This document shows, piece by piece, positions 26,170-39,275 of a stretch of 64,000 bases of DNA. This DNA comes from Camelus ferus (Eukaryota). Every line of letters starts with the position of its first letter. The stretch's first letter is position 1. The notes beneath the pieces are model-generated. The model saw only the letters and a list, made by a program, of their open reading frames with translations, was not told the origin of the DNA and did no database searches. The DNA is taken from assembly GCF_009834535.1 (NCBI RefSeq), contig NC_045697.1:68450001-68514000 (forward strand), given 5' to 3'. A program made the position numbers and the translations under genes.

Positions 26170-26678
26170 GATTGGATAAAGAAGATGTGGTATATTTATA
26201 CAATGGAATACTATTCAGCCATAAAAACTGACAACATAACACCATTTGCAGCAACATGGATGCTCCTGGAGAATGTCATTCTAAGTGAAGTAAGCCAGAA
26301 AGAGAAAGAAAAATACCATATGAGATCGCTCATATGTGGAATCTAAAAAAAAAACAAAACAAACAAACAAAACAAACAAAACAGAAATACAAAACAGAAA
26401 CAGACTCATAGACATAGAATACAAACTTGTGGTTGCCAAGGGGGCGGGAGATGGGAAGGGTTAGACTGGGATTTCAAAATGTAGACTAGATAAACAAGAT
26501 TATACTGTATAGCACAGAGAAATATATACAAGATCTTATGGTAGCTCACAGAGAAAAAATGTGACAATGAATATATATATGTTCATGTAATAATTGAAAA
26601 ACTGGGCTCTACACAGGAATTTGACACAACATTGTAAAATTATTATAAATCAATAAAAAAAGTTAAAAAGAAAAAAAG
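26170..26678 (+). mobile_element. 5'-truncated young L1 (camelid-type 3' end) inserted in Tigger1
   Basis: ORF2 C-terminus ([19 protein letters not shown]...), 3' UTR, AATAAA and A tail. Perfect 16-bp TSD AGATTAATGTTGTTTT at 26154-26169 and 26679-26694. Confidence 0.97.
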
Positions 26679-27689
26679 AGATTAATGTTGTTTTCACTCT
26701 TGCTAACTCAACATCCATTCTTCAACCAGTAGATCAAGGAGTCTTTCAGCTTTCAAGTATTATTATTTAAGAAATACATTTTGTAAGGACATAGCTGCCA
26801 AAGATAGTGATTCCTCTGGTGGATCTAGGCAAAGTCAATTGAAAGCCTTCTAGAGAGGATTCTCTATTCTTGATGCTTAAGAACCCTGATGGTTCATGGG
26901 AGGAAGTTAAAATACCAACATTAATAGGAGTTTGGCAGATGTTGATTTCAGCCCTCAAGGATGACTCTGAGGCAAGAATTCAGTTGAGGAAGGAATTGCA
27001 AATGTAGTGGAAATAGCATGAGAACTAGAATTAGAAGTAGAGCCTGAAGATGTGACTGAATTGCTACAATCTTATGATAAAACTTTAACAGCTAAAGAGT
27101 TGCTTCTTATGAATGAGCAAAGAAAGTGGTTACTTAAGATGGAATCTACTCCTGGTGAAGATGTTATAAAACTTGTTGAAATGACAATGAAGGATTTTGA
27201 ATATTACATAAAGTTAGTTGATAAAGCAGTGGCAGGGTTTGAAAGGATTGACTCCAATTTTGAGGAAAGTTCTGCTGCATACTACAGAGAAATCATTCAT
27301 GAAAGACTCAGTCAATAAGGCAGACTTCATTGTCTTATTTTAAGAAATTACCACCACCACCCTAACCTTCAGCAGTCATCACCCTGTTCACTCAGCAGCC
27401 ATCAATATCAAGGCAAGATACTCCACAAGCAAAAAGATTATGACTTGCTTAAGGCTCAGATGATGGTTAGCAGTTTCTAGCAATAAAGTATGTTTAATTA
27501 TTGTATGTACATTTTTTTTCAGACATAACACTATTGCACACGTAGTAGACTACAGTATAACTTTTCTATGCACTGGGAAACCAAACAATTAATGTAACTT
27601 GCTTTATTGTGATACTTGTTTTATTGCAGTAGTCTGGAACCAAACCTGCAATATCTCCAAGGTATGCCCAAACCTCCATTGAGAAACAG

Positions 27690-28330
27690 TTAGTCACATC
27701 TTTGTTATCTATGCAAACTAAAAAAGTGAGTATGCACTAAAAACAAAGTGTATAATCTGCAATCCAAAGAAGAAAAGAATCAATAAGTAAAAGGAAAAAA
27801 AACCCTGATAGGAAGGAAGAAGAGGAGTAAAAAGCATGAAAATAGTGAGTAGAAAGAAAGTACAAAATAAAATGGAATAACAAATATAAATATGTTGATA
27901 ATCACAATAAATGTAAGTGGATTAAACTTACAGTTGAAATTTAAAAACTGACATTTTTAAACAATACAGCTATATGCTTCTTAAATAAAAAGACACAGCA
28001 TAATTACGAAGAAAATTTGGGGAAAAAACAGAATGGATAAAATACACTAGGCATATACCATTCAGAATTCAATTAATATAACTATATGAACATCAAGTAA
28101 ATGATAAAGGTAAAAAAAATTGTTAGGAATACAGTGCTTTCAACATACTAAATACTCATTAATTTTCCATAAAATAACATGTAATAAATCTAAATATGTA
28201 TGCATCTAGTATGAATTGATTCACCACATAGATAATACATATTAATTCAAAACATGCATGCATCTAATAACATCATCCCAAAATATGGAAAACAAAAGTT
28301 AATAGAATTATGAGAAATCAATATATCAAT
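27690..28330 (+). mobile_element. Old L1M fragment (start of the ORF2 endonuclease region)
   Basis: ataatcacaataaatgtaagtggattaaac (IITINVSGLN) at about 27898-27930; aatatgtatgcatct (NMYA) motif; A-rich. Confidence 0.75.
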
Positions 28331-28399
28331 TCTCCTAATATTTACAAAATAGTGAAGAATCTGTAGTTTTATTCTTGATGTTAAATTCTTATTTCTCCT

Positions 28400-28962
28400 T
28401 TTTCTCATTATCTAATGTGCAACAAACCACCTCAAATCTTAGCAGTTTAAATCAACATTAATTTTGCTCTTGAATCTGTAATTTGAGCAGGGCTCATGAG
28501 GGATAGCTTGTTTCTGCTGTACTCAGCATCATGTGAGGTGGCTCTAAGGCTGGAAACTATAATCCTCTAAAGGCTTGGTCACTCGCATGTCTGGCAGCTG
28601 GTGTCATTCACCTGAGACCTCAACTGGGGTAATGTAGTAGCCACCTATTTGTGGCTACTACACATGGCCTGAGATTCTTTCCAACACAGTGACTAAGTTC
28701 TAAGAGTAAGCATTTGAGAGAGAGTTGGGGTAGGGGCTGGGCCAGGTGGAAGCTATATTACCTTTTATGACCTGTCCTTGAAAATGATGCATCATCACTT
28801 CTACTGCATTCTACCTGTCAAAATTATCTCAAAGACCTGCCTAATTTTAAATGGAGGGCAAACAAACTCTACCTCTTGATTGATGAAGTGGCTAGGTTCT
28901 AGAAGAGTATATAGGACTGGAAAATGTGTTGTGCCTTCTCGTTGAAAATGCAGCATGCCATA
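28400..28962 (-). mobile_element. MaLR solo LTR (MLT1H-like)
   Basis: aacaaaccacctcaaatcttagcagtttaaa..; gtcactcgcatgtctggcagctgg; catcacttctactgcattcta; actctacctcttga. Confidence 0.8.
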
Positions 28963-29859
28963 CCCTTAACCTAGAAATACATGGCAAGAAAAAAAAAAAA
29001 GAAACGAATCTTATCACTTGACAAATAATTACTTGAACTTAACTACCTTGCCTACTTATCTTACTTTAACATAAGTATCTTAGATAACCAAGAGATTCAT
29101 TGCCATCTTTACTGAGTTCTCTTTAAAGAGGCAAATCAATTTTTGAACTCTTAACACTTTTTAAGCCACCTAAGACTTATTATCTAACGTAATTACCTAT
29201 TATCAGGAGCAGTACTTTCAGAAGTTGAAAAATTGCAATTGGAATAGGAAACAGAGACAATTTTATAATTGCTTTTCATGGAGTTTTCTTTGGCTGTTAA
29301 AAACTCCAGACCAGTAAACAGCTTGGGTCAGATTTTGAGATAACTCTACAATATGCTTACACATTTAAAGCTCAGTGAGGGAGTAAGTTCTTACTTAGTT
29401 TCAAAGCTACATTTGTCTTAGTAAATAGGGAAAATGTCAACATGTGATTGTATTAAGCCTTTAGTAGAAATCACCTGAAAAAGTAGTTTTTTGTTCATTC
29501 ATGTGTTTTTGTCTTGCTTGCCTTCCTCCAAGTGACCGCATCCATAAGTACTGGTACTCATATTTTAACTCATTTTAGGTCATAATCCCAATAATAGCAA
29601 CACTTTATTGACATTTGTGTTTCCTTTATAGTATCTATTGCAGTGTCCTTGTGCTTAAAAATAAACACAATTATTTACAAAAAGCCATATTGGAAAATGA
29701 AATGAAAAAAATAGTAAGGATATAAAAGATTGCATCAGCACAATTAGCAAGCTTCCACTAAAGGACATATGATGTACATACCTATTTTTTCAAATTAATT
29801 ATTTGAGAAATATACTATAAGCACAGAGACAATTTATGAAAACTAGTATTATGACAGAA

Positions 29860-30085
29860 AGTAATAAATTATTATCCTCTAATACATGCTTTCTACCAGA
29901 TTTATTTCTTAAGTTCTTTATAGTTTTTGTTGCTATAATAGGTAACTTTCTAATATAAATTTCCTTTTATAACAGTTATTGGAATGTACTCTCATATTAA
30001 TCTCACATTGAGGAAACTTGCTGAACTCTCTTATCAATTCTGAGAATATATCTGCAACTTCTCTTTGGATTCTATGTGCACTAGG
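29860..30085 (-). mobile_element. Old L1M fragment
   Basis: agatttatttcttaag..tttttgttgctata; aacttgctgaactctcttatcaattct..tctttggattctatgtg. Confidence 0.6.
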
Positions 30086-30451
30086 ATTTTATGGACTTCT
30101 GAAAGAAGAAAGTAGAGACATGAGACTTACTGGAACCAATTTTGACTATCTTAGAGGAGGGGTGCTCTATTCTGGAGTTTCCCTTCCAAATGCTTAGTTA
30201 GCTTGGTGTTGCAGCTTCCAAGCCATCTCCCTGGCCCTCACCTGCAGTACTCATGGTACAGCCTCAGCTCCAGACTCAAACTCCAGTTTTCACCATTCTA
30301 AATGCATTCAGTAGGATGACACTAAGGGTTATGAATAAGCTCTTGTAAAACAGACTGTTGTTATGTGGAAAACCTCTTTTAGAACAGAAAAATCAACTAC
30401 TATCCACTTAGCTAATTGCCATTAATGAATTGCTTTTTAATCCACTCACTC

Positions 30452-31762
30452 TTTTTTTTTAATTTTATTTTATTGAGTTATAGTCAGTTTACAATGTTGT
30501 GTCAATTTCCAGTATAGAACACAATTTTTCAGTTATACATGAACATACATATATTCATTGTCACATACTTTTTCTCTGTGAGCTACCACAAGATCTTGTA
30601 TATATTTCCCTGTGCTATACAGTATAATCTTGTTTATCTATTCTATATATACCTGTCAGTATCTACAAATTTCAAACTCCCAGTCTGTCCCTTCCCACTC
30701 CCTGCCCCCCTGGCAACTAAAAGTTTGTATTGGAAAACTGGACAGCAGCATGTAAATCAGTGAAGCTAGAACACTCCCTTACACCATACACAAAAATAAA
30801 CTCAAAATGGATCAAAGACTTAAACATAAGACAAGATACAATAAACCTCCTGGAAGAAAATATAGGCAAAACGTTATCTGACATTCATCTCAAAAATGTT
30901 CTCCTAGGTCAGCCTACCCAAGCAATAGAAATAAAAGCAAGAATAAACAAATGGGACCTAATTAAACTTATAAGCTTTTGCACAGCAAAGGAAACCATAA
31001 ACAAAACAAAACAACAACCTATGGAATGGGAGAAAATTTTTGCAAAAGATGAAACAGACAAATGCTTGATCTCCAGAATATATTTTGGAGCTCACATGAC
31101 TTAATATAAAAAAAAAAAACCCAATCCAAAAATGGGCAGAAGACCTAAAAAAGCAATTCTCCAATGAAGACATACACATGGCCAATAGGCACATGAAAAA
31201 ATGCTCAGTATCACTAATTATCAGAGAAATGCAAATCAAAACTTCAATGAGGTATCACCTCACACCAGTCAGAATGGCCATCATTCAAAAGTCCACAAAT
31301 GAAAAATGCTAGAGAGGCTGTGGAGAAAAGGGAACCCTCCTACACTGCTGGTGGGAATGCAGTTTGGTGCAGCCACTGTGGAAATCAGTGTGGACATTCC
31401 TCAAAAGACTAGGAATAGACTTACCGTATGACCCAGGAATCCCACCCGTGGGCACATATCCAGATGGAACCCTACTTCAAAATGACACCTGCACCCCAAT
31501 GTTCATAGCAGCACTATTTACAATAGCCAAGACATGGAAACAGCCTAAATGTCCATCAACAGGTGACTGGATAAAGAAGAGATGGTATATTCATACCATG
31601 GAATACTATTCAGCCATAAAATACAACATAATGCCATTTGCAGCAACATGTATGTCCCTGGAGAATGTCATTCTAAGTGAAGTAAGCCAGAAAGAGAAAG
31701 AAAAATACCATCTGAGATCACTCATATGTGGAATCTAAAGAAAAGAGAAAGAAAGAAAGAAG

Positions 31763-31841
<79 letters not shown>

Positions 31842-31960
31842 AGGAAAGAAGGAAAGAAGGAAAGAAAGAAAGAAGGAAAAGGAAAGAAAAAAGAAAATGA
31901 AAAGACAAATGGACATAAATATAAAACAGAAACAGACTCATAGACATAGAATACAAACTT
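30452..31960 (-). mobile_element. Young L1 with 5' inversion (3' end on minus strand 30452-30730; inverted ORF2/UTR segment on plus strand 30731-31960)
   Basis: ORF2 peptides [20 protein letters not shown] (30730-31104) and CTPMFIAALFTIAKTWKQPKCPS...SLICGI (31364-31738). 17-bp TSD TTAATCCACTC(A/T)CTCTT at 30437-30453 and 31959-31975. Confidence 0.96.
31737..31898 (+). repeat. (GAAA)n/(GGAA)n microsatellite in the L1 3' UTR
   Basis: Long aaagaaagaaag run starting at the ORF2 stop. Confidence 0.97.
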
Positions 31961-33007
31961 AATCCACTCTCTCTTAAATTGAATAGATGTAAATACTTCA
32001 CTGACATATTTGTTTAAAATTTTTCTCTTGTTGCTTACATTTACTATCATAAGTAAAGTATTCTATCTAGAGATTATATTGAATATTCCCAAATAAGCAA
32101 AGCCTATAGTTAAATATTCTGTCTCAGTATACTGATTCCTCAAGTAGTATTAAAAGTATTTATAGATGGACTATACAGCTGTTTACTTTGTAGGATTTGA
32201 GGGATGTGTTTAAGGCACCCCTGTTTCTACCTGAAAATACAGTTTCCAGTGGTGAGAACCTAAGATCCTATAATTAAATTCAAGTAATAATTGTTAAAAT
32301 TATTAAAAATCAAATAATTCAGGGATAGCATATACATATCACATATTATTGGAAATTGGCCATGTTTTAGTCTGCCGTTATTAGTCTCTTAAATAAATAA
32401 ACTTACTATGAAAATCAAGCTTGCAAAGTTCCTCCAATACACAAGGTAACACAAAAATCATGTCATGTGTTTGGTTCAGAAAGTAGGTGGACCCTTGGTT
32501 ATCATATTAAGGCTTTGCCATTATGATTACCTTAGGTGGAATTAGATTGTTTTCTGACTATGAAACAAAGACTTTGTGGCAATGAGACATTAAATATGGA
32601 CAAACGTGGATATATTAGGATGGTAAGAGTATAAAGTCACCCACCATGAACACAATCTGTAGATGGAGAGGCTGGGATGCAGGGTGTGTGGATGAATGAT
32701 ACAAGAAAATACACTTAAACACATGTTGCCTGAGAATAGATACTGACTTGAACTCTGAACAAACTAACTTAGTCTAGGTATCACATTCATCAGTTTTCTT
32801 TTAAGCAATTAGGTGCATTTTCTGTGTCTACAAGTTGATTATAAAAAAAAAATTGTTAAAATATGTAATATTATTTCAAAAAAATCATTTTTAAATTTAA
32901 AATTTGAAGCCCAAAGGAGATCACAAGTAAAAAGATTTTGTTTTGGAAGTCATGAGAGGTCTGAATTCCAGATACAAGACCCAGGGAGTTTGGGGAAAAT
33001 ATAGTTC

Positions 33008-33578
33008 TGTTACCAAGAGGAGAGGAAAAGGCCTCAGTTCTTTGTCTTACCTGAGAAAAAAAGAATTCAAATAGGAGACTGAAAGTGTTGTGGAAACAGA
33101 GAATTTTATTAGTAGAGCAAAAGTTAGTAGAGTACTAGAGTATTCTAGAATTGAAGGTGGGCCAACCCAAGACAGGAAAATGGAGGCCCCTCTGTTGTGT
33201 CTTCTGTCTTACATCCTGGCTTAGGGGCATTCTGGTGATTGATTGACGGCTCACGTCCCTTGAGTGCTTGAGTATGCCCATCTCCTTTGTGCACGCTTTT
33301 ACCCGTGATGCACACAGAAAAGCCCACGGGAGGGGGCCTAACCTGAAATGCTAATTACATTATAATGAGCATTGGTTTATGTTAAGTCGAGTCCTTCTAT
33401 CTACTGCACAGCCGCAGCATCCGATTCTAAACGGCTTTTTTGTTGGCACTCCTTTAGGGAAAATAAAACTCTTTGAAGCTCCTTATCCTGAATGCAGACA
33501 TACTGTTATCTTCTGTATTGTTCTCTCTCCCTTCCTCTCCTCCTTACCCAGTGCTCATTTCTATCTAACTGCCTAAAA
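33008..33578 (-). mobile_element. Solo ERV1-type LTR with 4-bp TSD
   Basis: GTTC|TGTTACC ... GCCTAAAA|GTTC (TSD at 33004-33007 and 33579-33582). Minus-strand AATAAA near 33105. Retains several CpGs. Confidence 0.88.
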
Positions 33579-33739
33579 GTTCTACATTAGTTGGATAAAT
33601 TCTAGTCAGATAAACAAACTAAATAAATAGTTGGGTCTGTGCCTTAGTTTTTTCATCTATAGAATGACACTCATAAACTTTACATAATTCTCAGAAATAT
33701 TAACCAATTGCTGATTTGAGGTGTTTCTGGAAGAAATTA

Positions 33740-34510
33740 TACATTTCATTCATTTATCAGAATCCTTTTGAATGCTAATAATATGCTACCCCTCAGAACA
33801 AAAAGGACAGTCTCAGCTTCAAGAAGCTCATGTTCTATTGAGGATAAACAGATAAATATATACATGACAGATATCAAGAAGTGTTTAAAACACACACACA
33901 CCCACACATATATCCACACAAGAAAATTAAATCAGTAAGATCTGGGGTTCTGGTCTACCAAGGGCTGTCAAGAAGTCATCTCTGACAAGGAGCCAGCTGA
34001 CTAGAAGTCTAAAGAAAGCAAAGTAGTGATTGAGGTGGTTACCATGGAGAGAGTGATCCAAGCAAAGCAACAGGCCAGGACAAGAGTTCCAAGACAGAAC
34101 CAAGAGCAACATGTGCAAAGGATAGCAAGGAAAGCAACGTGGTTGAGAGAAGTGAGTGAAAGGAAGAGGAAAGAGAGCTAATAGGTACAGGACTCATAGG
34201 ATTTTACTCTGAATTACACTTCAAGCCATGAGGAATTGTTAGAATGAGAGTAACTTAGTCTTATTTAAGTGTTAGCAGGAACACTCAGACTGCTGTGGAG
34301 CAATGACTTGGGATTGGGACAGATGAGGTGGATCCAAGGAAACTGTCCTACTGTGATAGGCTAGGTCACTATCATATTGAATTTGAATAGGATGGTGGTG
34401 GTGAAGGTGATGAATATGATCAACTTTAGGCTCTGTTTTAAAGAGAATGCCTATAAGATTTGCTGATGGGTTGGATGTGGGATATAAAAGAGTCTAAGAT
34501 GGCTCCAAAG
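33740..34510 (-). mobile_element. LINE-2 fragment
   Basis: ttcattcattt tail; cttcaagaagctcatgttcta; gatttgctgatgggttggatgtggg. Confidence 0.8.
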
Positions 34511-34628
34511 TTGTTATTAAATTATATAACTTAAAACTAACTTATAACTTAAATAGGACAAAAATTTTAAAATATGTAAGTGTACAGTCTTGAAGTGTCT
34601 TGGTTTGAAACCTTTTCATGGTTTGAAT

Positions 34629-34783
34629 CAGTGGTTCTCAAGGTTGGTATGTAGCAGAATCACTTGGAAAGCTACCAGAGTACAGAGGCCAACACATTGG
34701 TGCAAAGTAGGAGGACTTGAGCCTCTGTGTGTTTGCCAAGTCCCCAGGTGATTTTAATACATGCCTGAGTTTAATAACCACTG
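34629..34783. mobile_element. MER5A-like hAT-Charlie MITE
   Basis: TIRs CAGTGGTTCTCAA / ttaataACCACTG. Degenerate 8-bp TSD gtttgaat / gtttagat. Confidence 0.88.
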
Positions 34784-37700
34784 GTTTAGATCAAATCTTT
34801 TAAGGAATTGACTAATAGCTAAAGTCTTTTTTCAGCATAAACCAAAAGAAAAATTAGAAATTAATTTTTCCTCCTATGACTAGGAGCTGTTCTTTATAAG
34901 TTATTTAGCATTTACTAGGTAGAAAATAAATCTTGTTAAGTTAATCATAGATATTTTTTCTTTCTGACATTTTCTTTTTAGCTTAGATTTAATCCCCAAC
35001 CTGAATAAACTGTATATGAAAACTGCATTTATTCTTGATGTTTGTTGCCCATAAACAGGCAAATGGGTGTGTAAATTCTTTACTGTTCTCACACACACAG
35101 GAAGAAATATTTGCTAGCACAGTGGAACACCGTGCTAGTATTTTCTGCTTTGCTACACCCACTCTCTTGCTCTTTGGGGCTTTAAGTTTTACATTGTGCC
35201 CTCATTGTTCCAGCAGAGGAAATTGTACCACCCACAGGGATCATGCTGTGTTTTCAAATCCTAGAGGTAATGCAACAATGGTCATTCCTGGAAATGGGGA
35301 AACCCAGAGAGGGGAAAACAGTTTTAGTATCTGGGTCATCCCAGCTGCTGCTGGCTTAAGGAACAAGCGTGAGAAGCCCCAGACACATGGGAACCTATGA
35401 TTTGTACCCAGTTCGTTTTCGCACAGCAGGCTGCCTCCGTGTGGCTGAGAGGGCGCTTGATGAGATGCAGTGGAGTGATGGGGGCTTCAGGAAAGGGAAG
35501 GGAACTTAGGGATAAAATATTGGACAAAAATGCAAATGAGGTAAAGGTAATGGCCAGCATTACCAGGCTCCGTTGCTTTCAATAACACAAATGCTTTCAA
35601 GAAGATGAATTTCTAGGACAAGAGAAAGACAGCACAGATAAAATCTAATTGACAGAACTGTTATGGGCAACTGATTCTATTATTTTCAATAGGCCGCATC
35701 AGAGAATCTGTTCAAACACAGTCATACCTTTTAATAATATTCAAAAGGGAAGAATGTATAAGAAGCAAAGCTGAATTTAGCTTTTTCATATTCTTTCACA
35801 TAAATACCTAAAGAAGCAAAGTTCCAAAATGGCCCAAAGTATAAATCGGATAAACGGAATCTGTGTCATGCTAAATGATTTAATTAACATAATTTAGACT
35901 TTTGAAGAAAAAAATCAAAAGCAAAACCCTCTCAATCTGATAGTCATCTTTCCGTTCATCTTTCAAATGAAACCTCTTCCTGAAAATTCATGCATCACCC
36001 ACATCTGTGGAATTATCTGAAGAGGGCAGATAATTTCAAAAATCTTTTATAATGGATTTCCATAAACTAATGCATCATATTTTACCAGATTTTAATATAT
36101 CAATAGATTTTCATAATATTTTATTTGCATCTGTTTGCTCAAATATATAAATTATTTTTCCTTCATTCCAAAACCAATTTCCTAAGGTAAAATTATTTTC
36201 TCAGTTTTAAATCAGAAGAGACATAGATATTAGGTTTTTTTGCAAAGATATTCCTAATGCTATAAATATTTAATTTTTTCATATTTTCTATTTTAGAAGC
36301 AAGCAACCAATAAAAATTCCAGGGTTGATACTTTGATTTGTGTGTCTAGTCACAGTCCAGATAGATACAAGAAAAATCATTGAACAATATCTGCATTTTA
36401 GTTTCCTTACCTGTTAAGTGAGGAGAATCACAGTCTTGTTCTGCAGAGTTTGTAGAAACTTCATGTTCATTGAAATTCTTAGGAGGCTTATGCCTCATAA
36501 ATGTAGAGTTACTGCTTTTTAAGAAAATAATTGAGTTAGATGTCACAGAGATTTAAACACACACTGTACTTGGAAATCCCTGAAAACAGAACTGACCTTA
36601 CCTGTTGTTAGGGATATTGGTGAATCAGTTCAAGTGGGATGGATTTCTGCTGTTCTTTAAATGAGAAAGCACTTTTTAAAATTGTAAAGCACTTACAGAA
36701 AGTCCAAGTTTTGGTGTTATTATTAAAAATATTCATCTGGATAACAATTATAAGTTGAGGATGACAGTTGGTATATGGGTCTGGGAAGAAACAAACAATA
36801 TAAGGGTATATTTGTATAGGATCAAGTAACGCTTACTCAGTTTCCTAAATTCCATGTTCAAGTAGGCATAACTTTACAACAGAAAAAAATATGCTTAAGC
36901 TCCTGGCTCAATAAATAATTTCTTTACTTGCCAATTTTTTTTAAAAATTATTCATATCACCTCTTTTTAAGGAGAGCTTCATAAGCATTAGAGTCACAGA
37001 TTCCTTTGACAATCAGATGAAAATAAAGAATTCTCACTGCCCTGCTCCTGTGCATATACACAAAACTGTACTTAGATTTCAAGAGGTCTTGGAACCATCT
37101 GAAATCGGGGTAATGGATTCATCTCTAAAGATTCTAAAGTTAATTCATTCAGCAATCACTTAATGAGCACTTACTTTGTTCTCAGAAATGCTCTAAGTAC
37201 TAAAGACACACAGGGAAGTAGGCACTGTCCCAACTCTAGGAGGCAATATCCAAATGTTAGGTAAAACATGTGTTTCACCTAATCACAGATATGACTTCAT
37301 TTGGCTTCACAGAAACAAATAGGTAATAATTATGATGATTACAATTTTTTAATACACTAAGAGAATTGAAAATATTCAGCTAACAGAAACAATGAGCTTT
37401 TTCTTTTGCCTTCCCCCTTTTTTTCTTCCTGATTTTTACTACCATAAAATGTAAGTAAACATGAAATCCAAATTTTGCTGTTAAAAAATATATTACAGTT
37501 TATCTTTGAGTTAATAAGCATTTTTGAGTGCCTGCAATATGAATAACAGTACTCTACATAAACACATCTCACTATTTTAGAATCACATTATATTTCCATC
37601 CTCTTCTATGCTTTCATAATCATGTGTTCTCTCTCACTGAGCATTTGCCTTTGGAAAATGGTATTTTTAACACTTGATTGTCTCTTCAGCAAAAGTCATC

Positions 37701-39169
37701 TTATTGAAATAATAAAACAGACTAATATCCTGCTGAGCATGGTACTGTGTGAGGAAACAGAGAAAAGGAATAAAGATTTGCTTAACATTGACGATGTAAA
37801 GAAAAAAAACAAAATGTCAAGAGATAAAAGATAAATACTGAAAATTATATATCAGTGTGTAGGTTCTGTGCAGCAAGGCCCTGAACAAAGAACGTGACAG
37901 TGATATTCAGATAAGGAAGCATAACAGTAAACTGTCCTTCCTTTTGTATTTTATTGTTTCTCATTTGGGAGCCAATTCATTGGGTAACTGGAAGGTAGGT
38001 GAGTGGACTGAGGAAGGCAGTATAAACAGAAACAAAATAATAGAGAAGGATTCCATTAGAGGCCCTCTGGGAGCTGTTCATGAAGTGGGTGTCGTTCTAG
38101 TGGAGAAAAAGAGAAACCCAGGAAAACCCTTCTATTTCTGCAACTATTCTTCACCTGGAAAGTAAGGCGAGAAGCACTAATAATAATAATAATAAAAAGG
38201 AGAGGACAGCAGAATAACAAATAGCCACACACAGTCACTTCAGACCTATTCTGAAACAACAGAATACACTTTAAAAAGCAGTAAAAACAATAAAAATCCA
38301 GTCATTGTGAAAAAGGAGAGCCTTAGCTGCAATAAAGACAGTCAATAAAGAAGCTCTCTCATTTAAACATCAAATGCACATTGTTTTGCAACACCTGTTA
38401 TTCAGACATAATAGCTTTCTTAACCTGTCAAAGTGTTTAAGCTGAGGAAAAGAAATGGGCCTCCAGCTGTGCAGTTCTGTGGAGAAAGCCTGTGCAAAGC
38501 GATATTAGTTTAATGAAATGTGTACAGATTGTAATTGTGGTAATAAGAGGGCAATTCCCTGAGGTGTCATAGGAAGGCGGTGAGTGCAGCCAGGCAGAAA
38601 ACAGAAGCTTGCAGGCTGAGGGAGAAAATTCGGCCTGCTCTGGAGAGAGGGCAGGAAGCGAGTAGGAAGGATCAGGGAAAGAGGAATCCTGCCCCTGTGC
38701 TTTCCTCAGACTCACTCCAGGAAGGAAACCGGGCCTACGAGGGGTTAAAACCCTCTCCTCACAGCACTGCTGACCCGGAGCTAATCTGAGTCGGTGTAAA
38801 CTCTGTGCTGCAGGTGCTGGGGAACTCAGGGGGAAACAGCTCTCAGTCTGTGACAAGATGACAGTGACCCTTCTGAAACTCATATTCAGGGTGAGAGACA
38901 ATGAATAATCAAAAATAAGTGAGGTGTAAAGGGAGTGGATACAAAAGAAGAAACCAGTATGTATTGCAGATCAAACAAGCATTGCCTTATTTTTGTGTTT
39001 TTCCAGACATCATTCCAGGATATACTCTGGGAAGAACATATTTTAGGAGTCTTCCTGAGGGAAGGAGCCACTTCTGTCAGTTACTTGCTAGGCAATCAAT
39101 TTGTCATTATTTTAAACTTCCTGAATAATTTAAAAGCCTGAAGGTGAGGCTTGTGTGGCAAGTCTCCAT

Positions 39170-39275
39170 AGACCAGCATTACATTTCCAGCTCTTTTTCT
39201 AACTAGCTGTGTGCCTTTGGGCAAGTCATAGAACCTCTCTGGACCTCCATTTCATTATTTGTAAATCTGAGGACT
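39170..39275 (+). mobile_element. MIR fragment
   Basis: actagctgtgtgcctttgggcaagtcatagaacctctctggacctccatttc..tttgtaaa. Confidence 0.8.

Larger units (their letters stand above)
24778..27670 (+). mobile_element. Tigger1 (TcMar-Tigger) DNA transposon, near full length, transposase disrupted
   Basis: TA|CAGGCATACCTC 5' TIR at 24778 and ...aatatctccaaggtatgccca 3' TIR at 27670. Transposase remnants [24 protein letters not shown] (25954-26160) and [27 protein letters not shown] (27052-27318), with many stops and frameshifts. Confidence 0.97.

Noticed and set aside
31718..32050. Five overlapping ORFs (KERK- or SFFL-rich)
   Set aside because: Artefacts of the stop-free (GAAA)n microsatellite.
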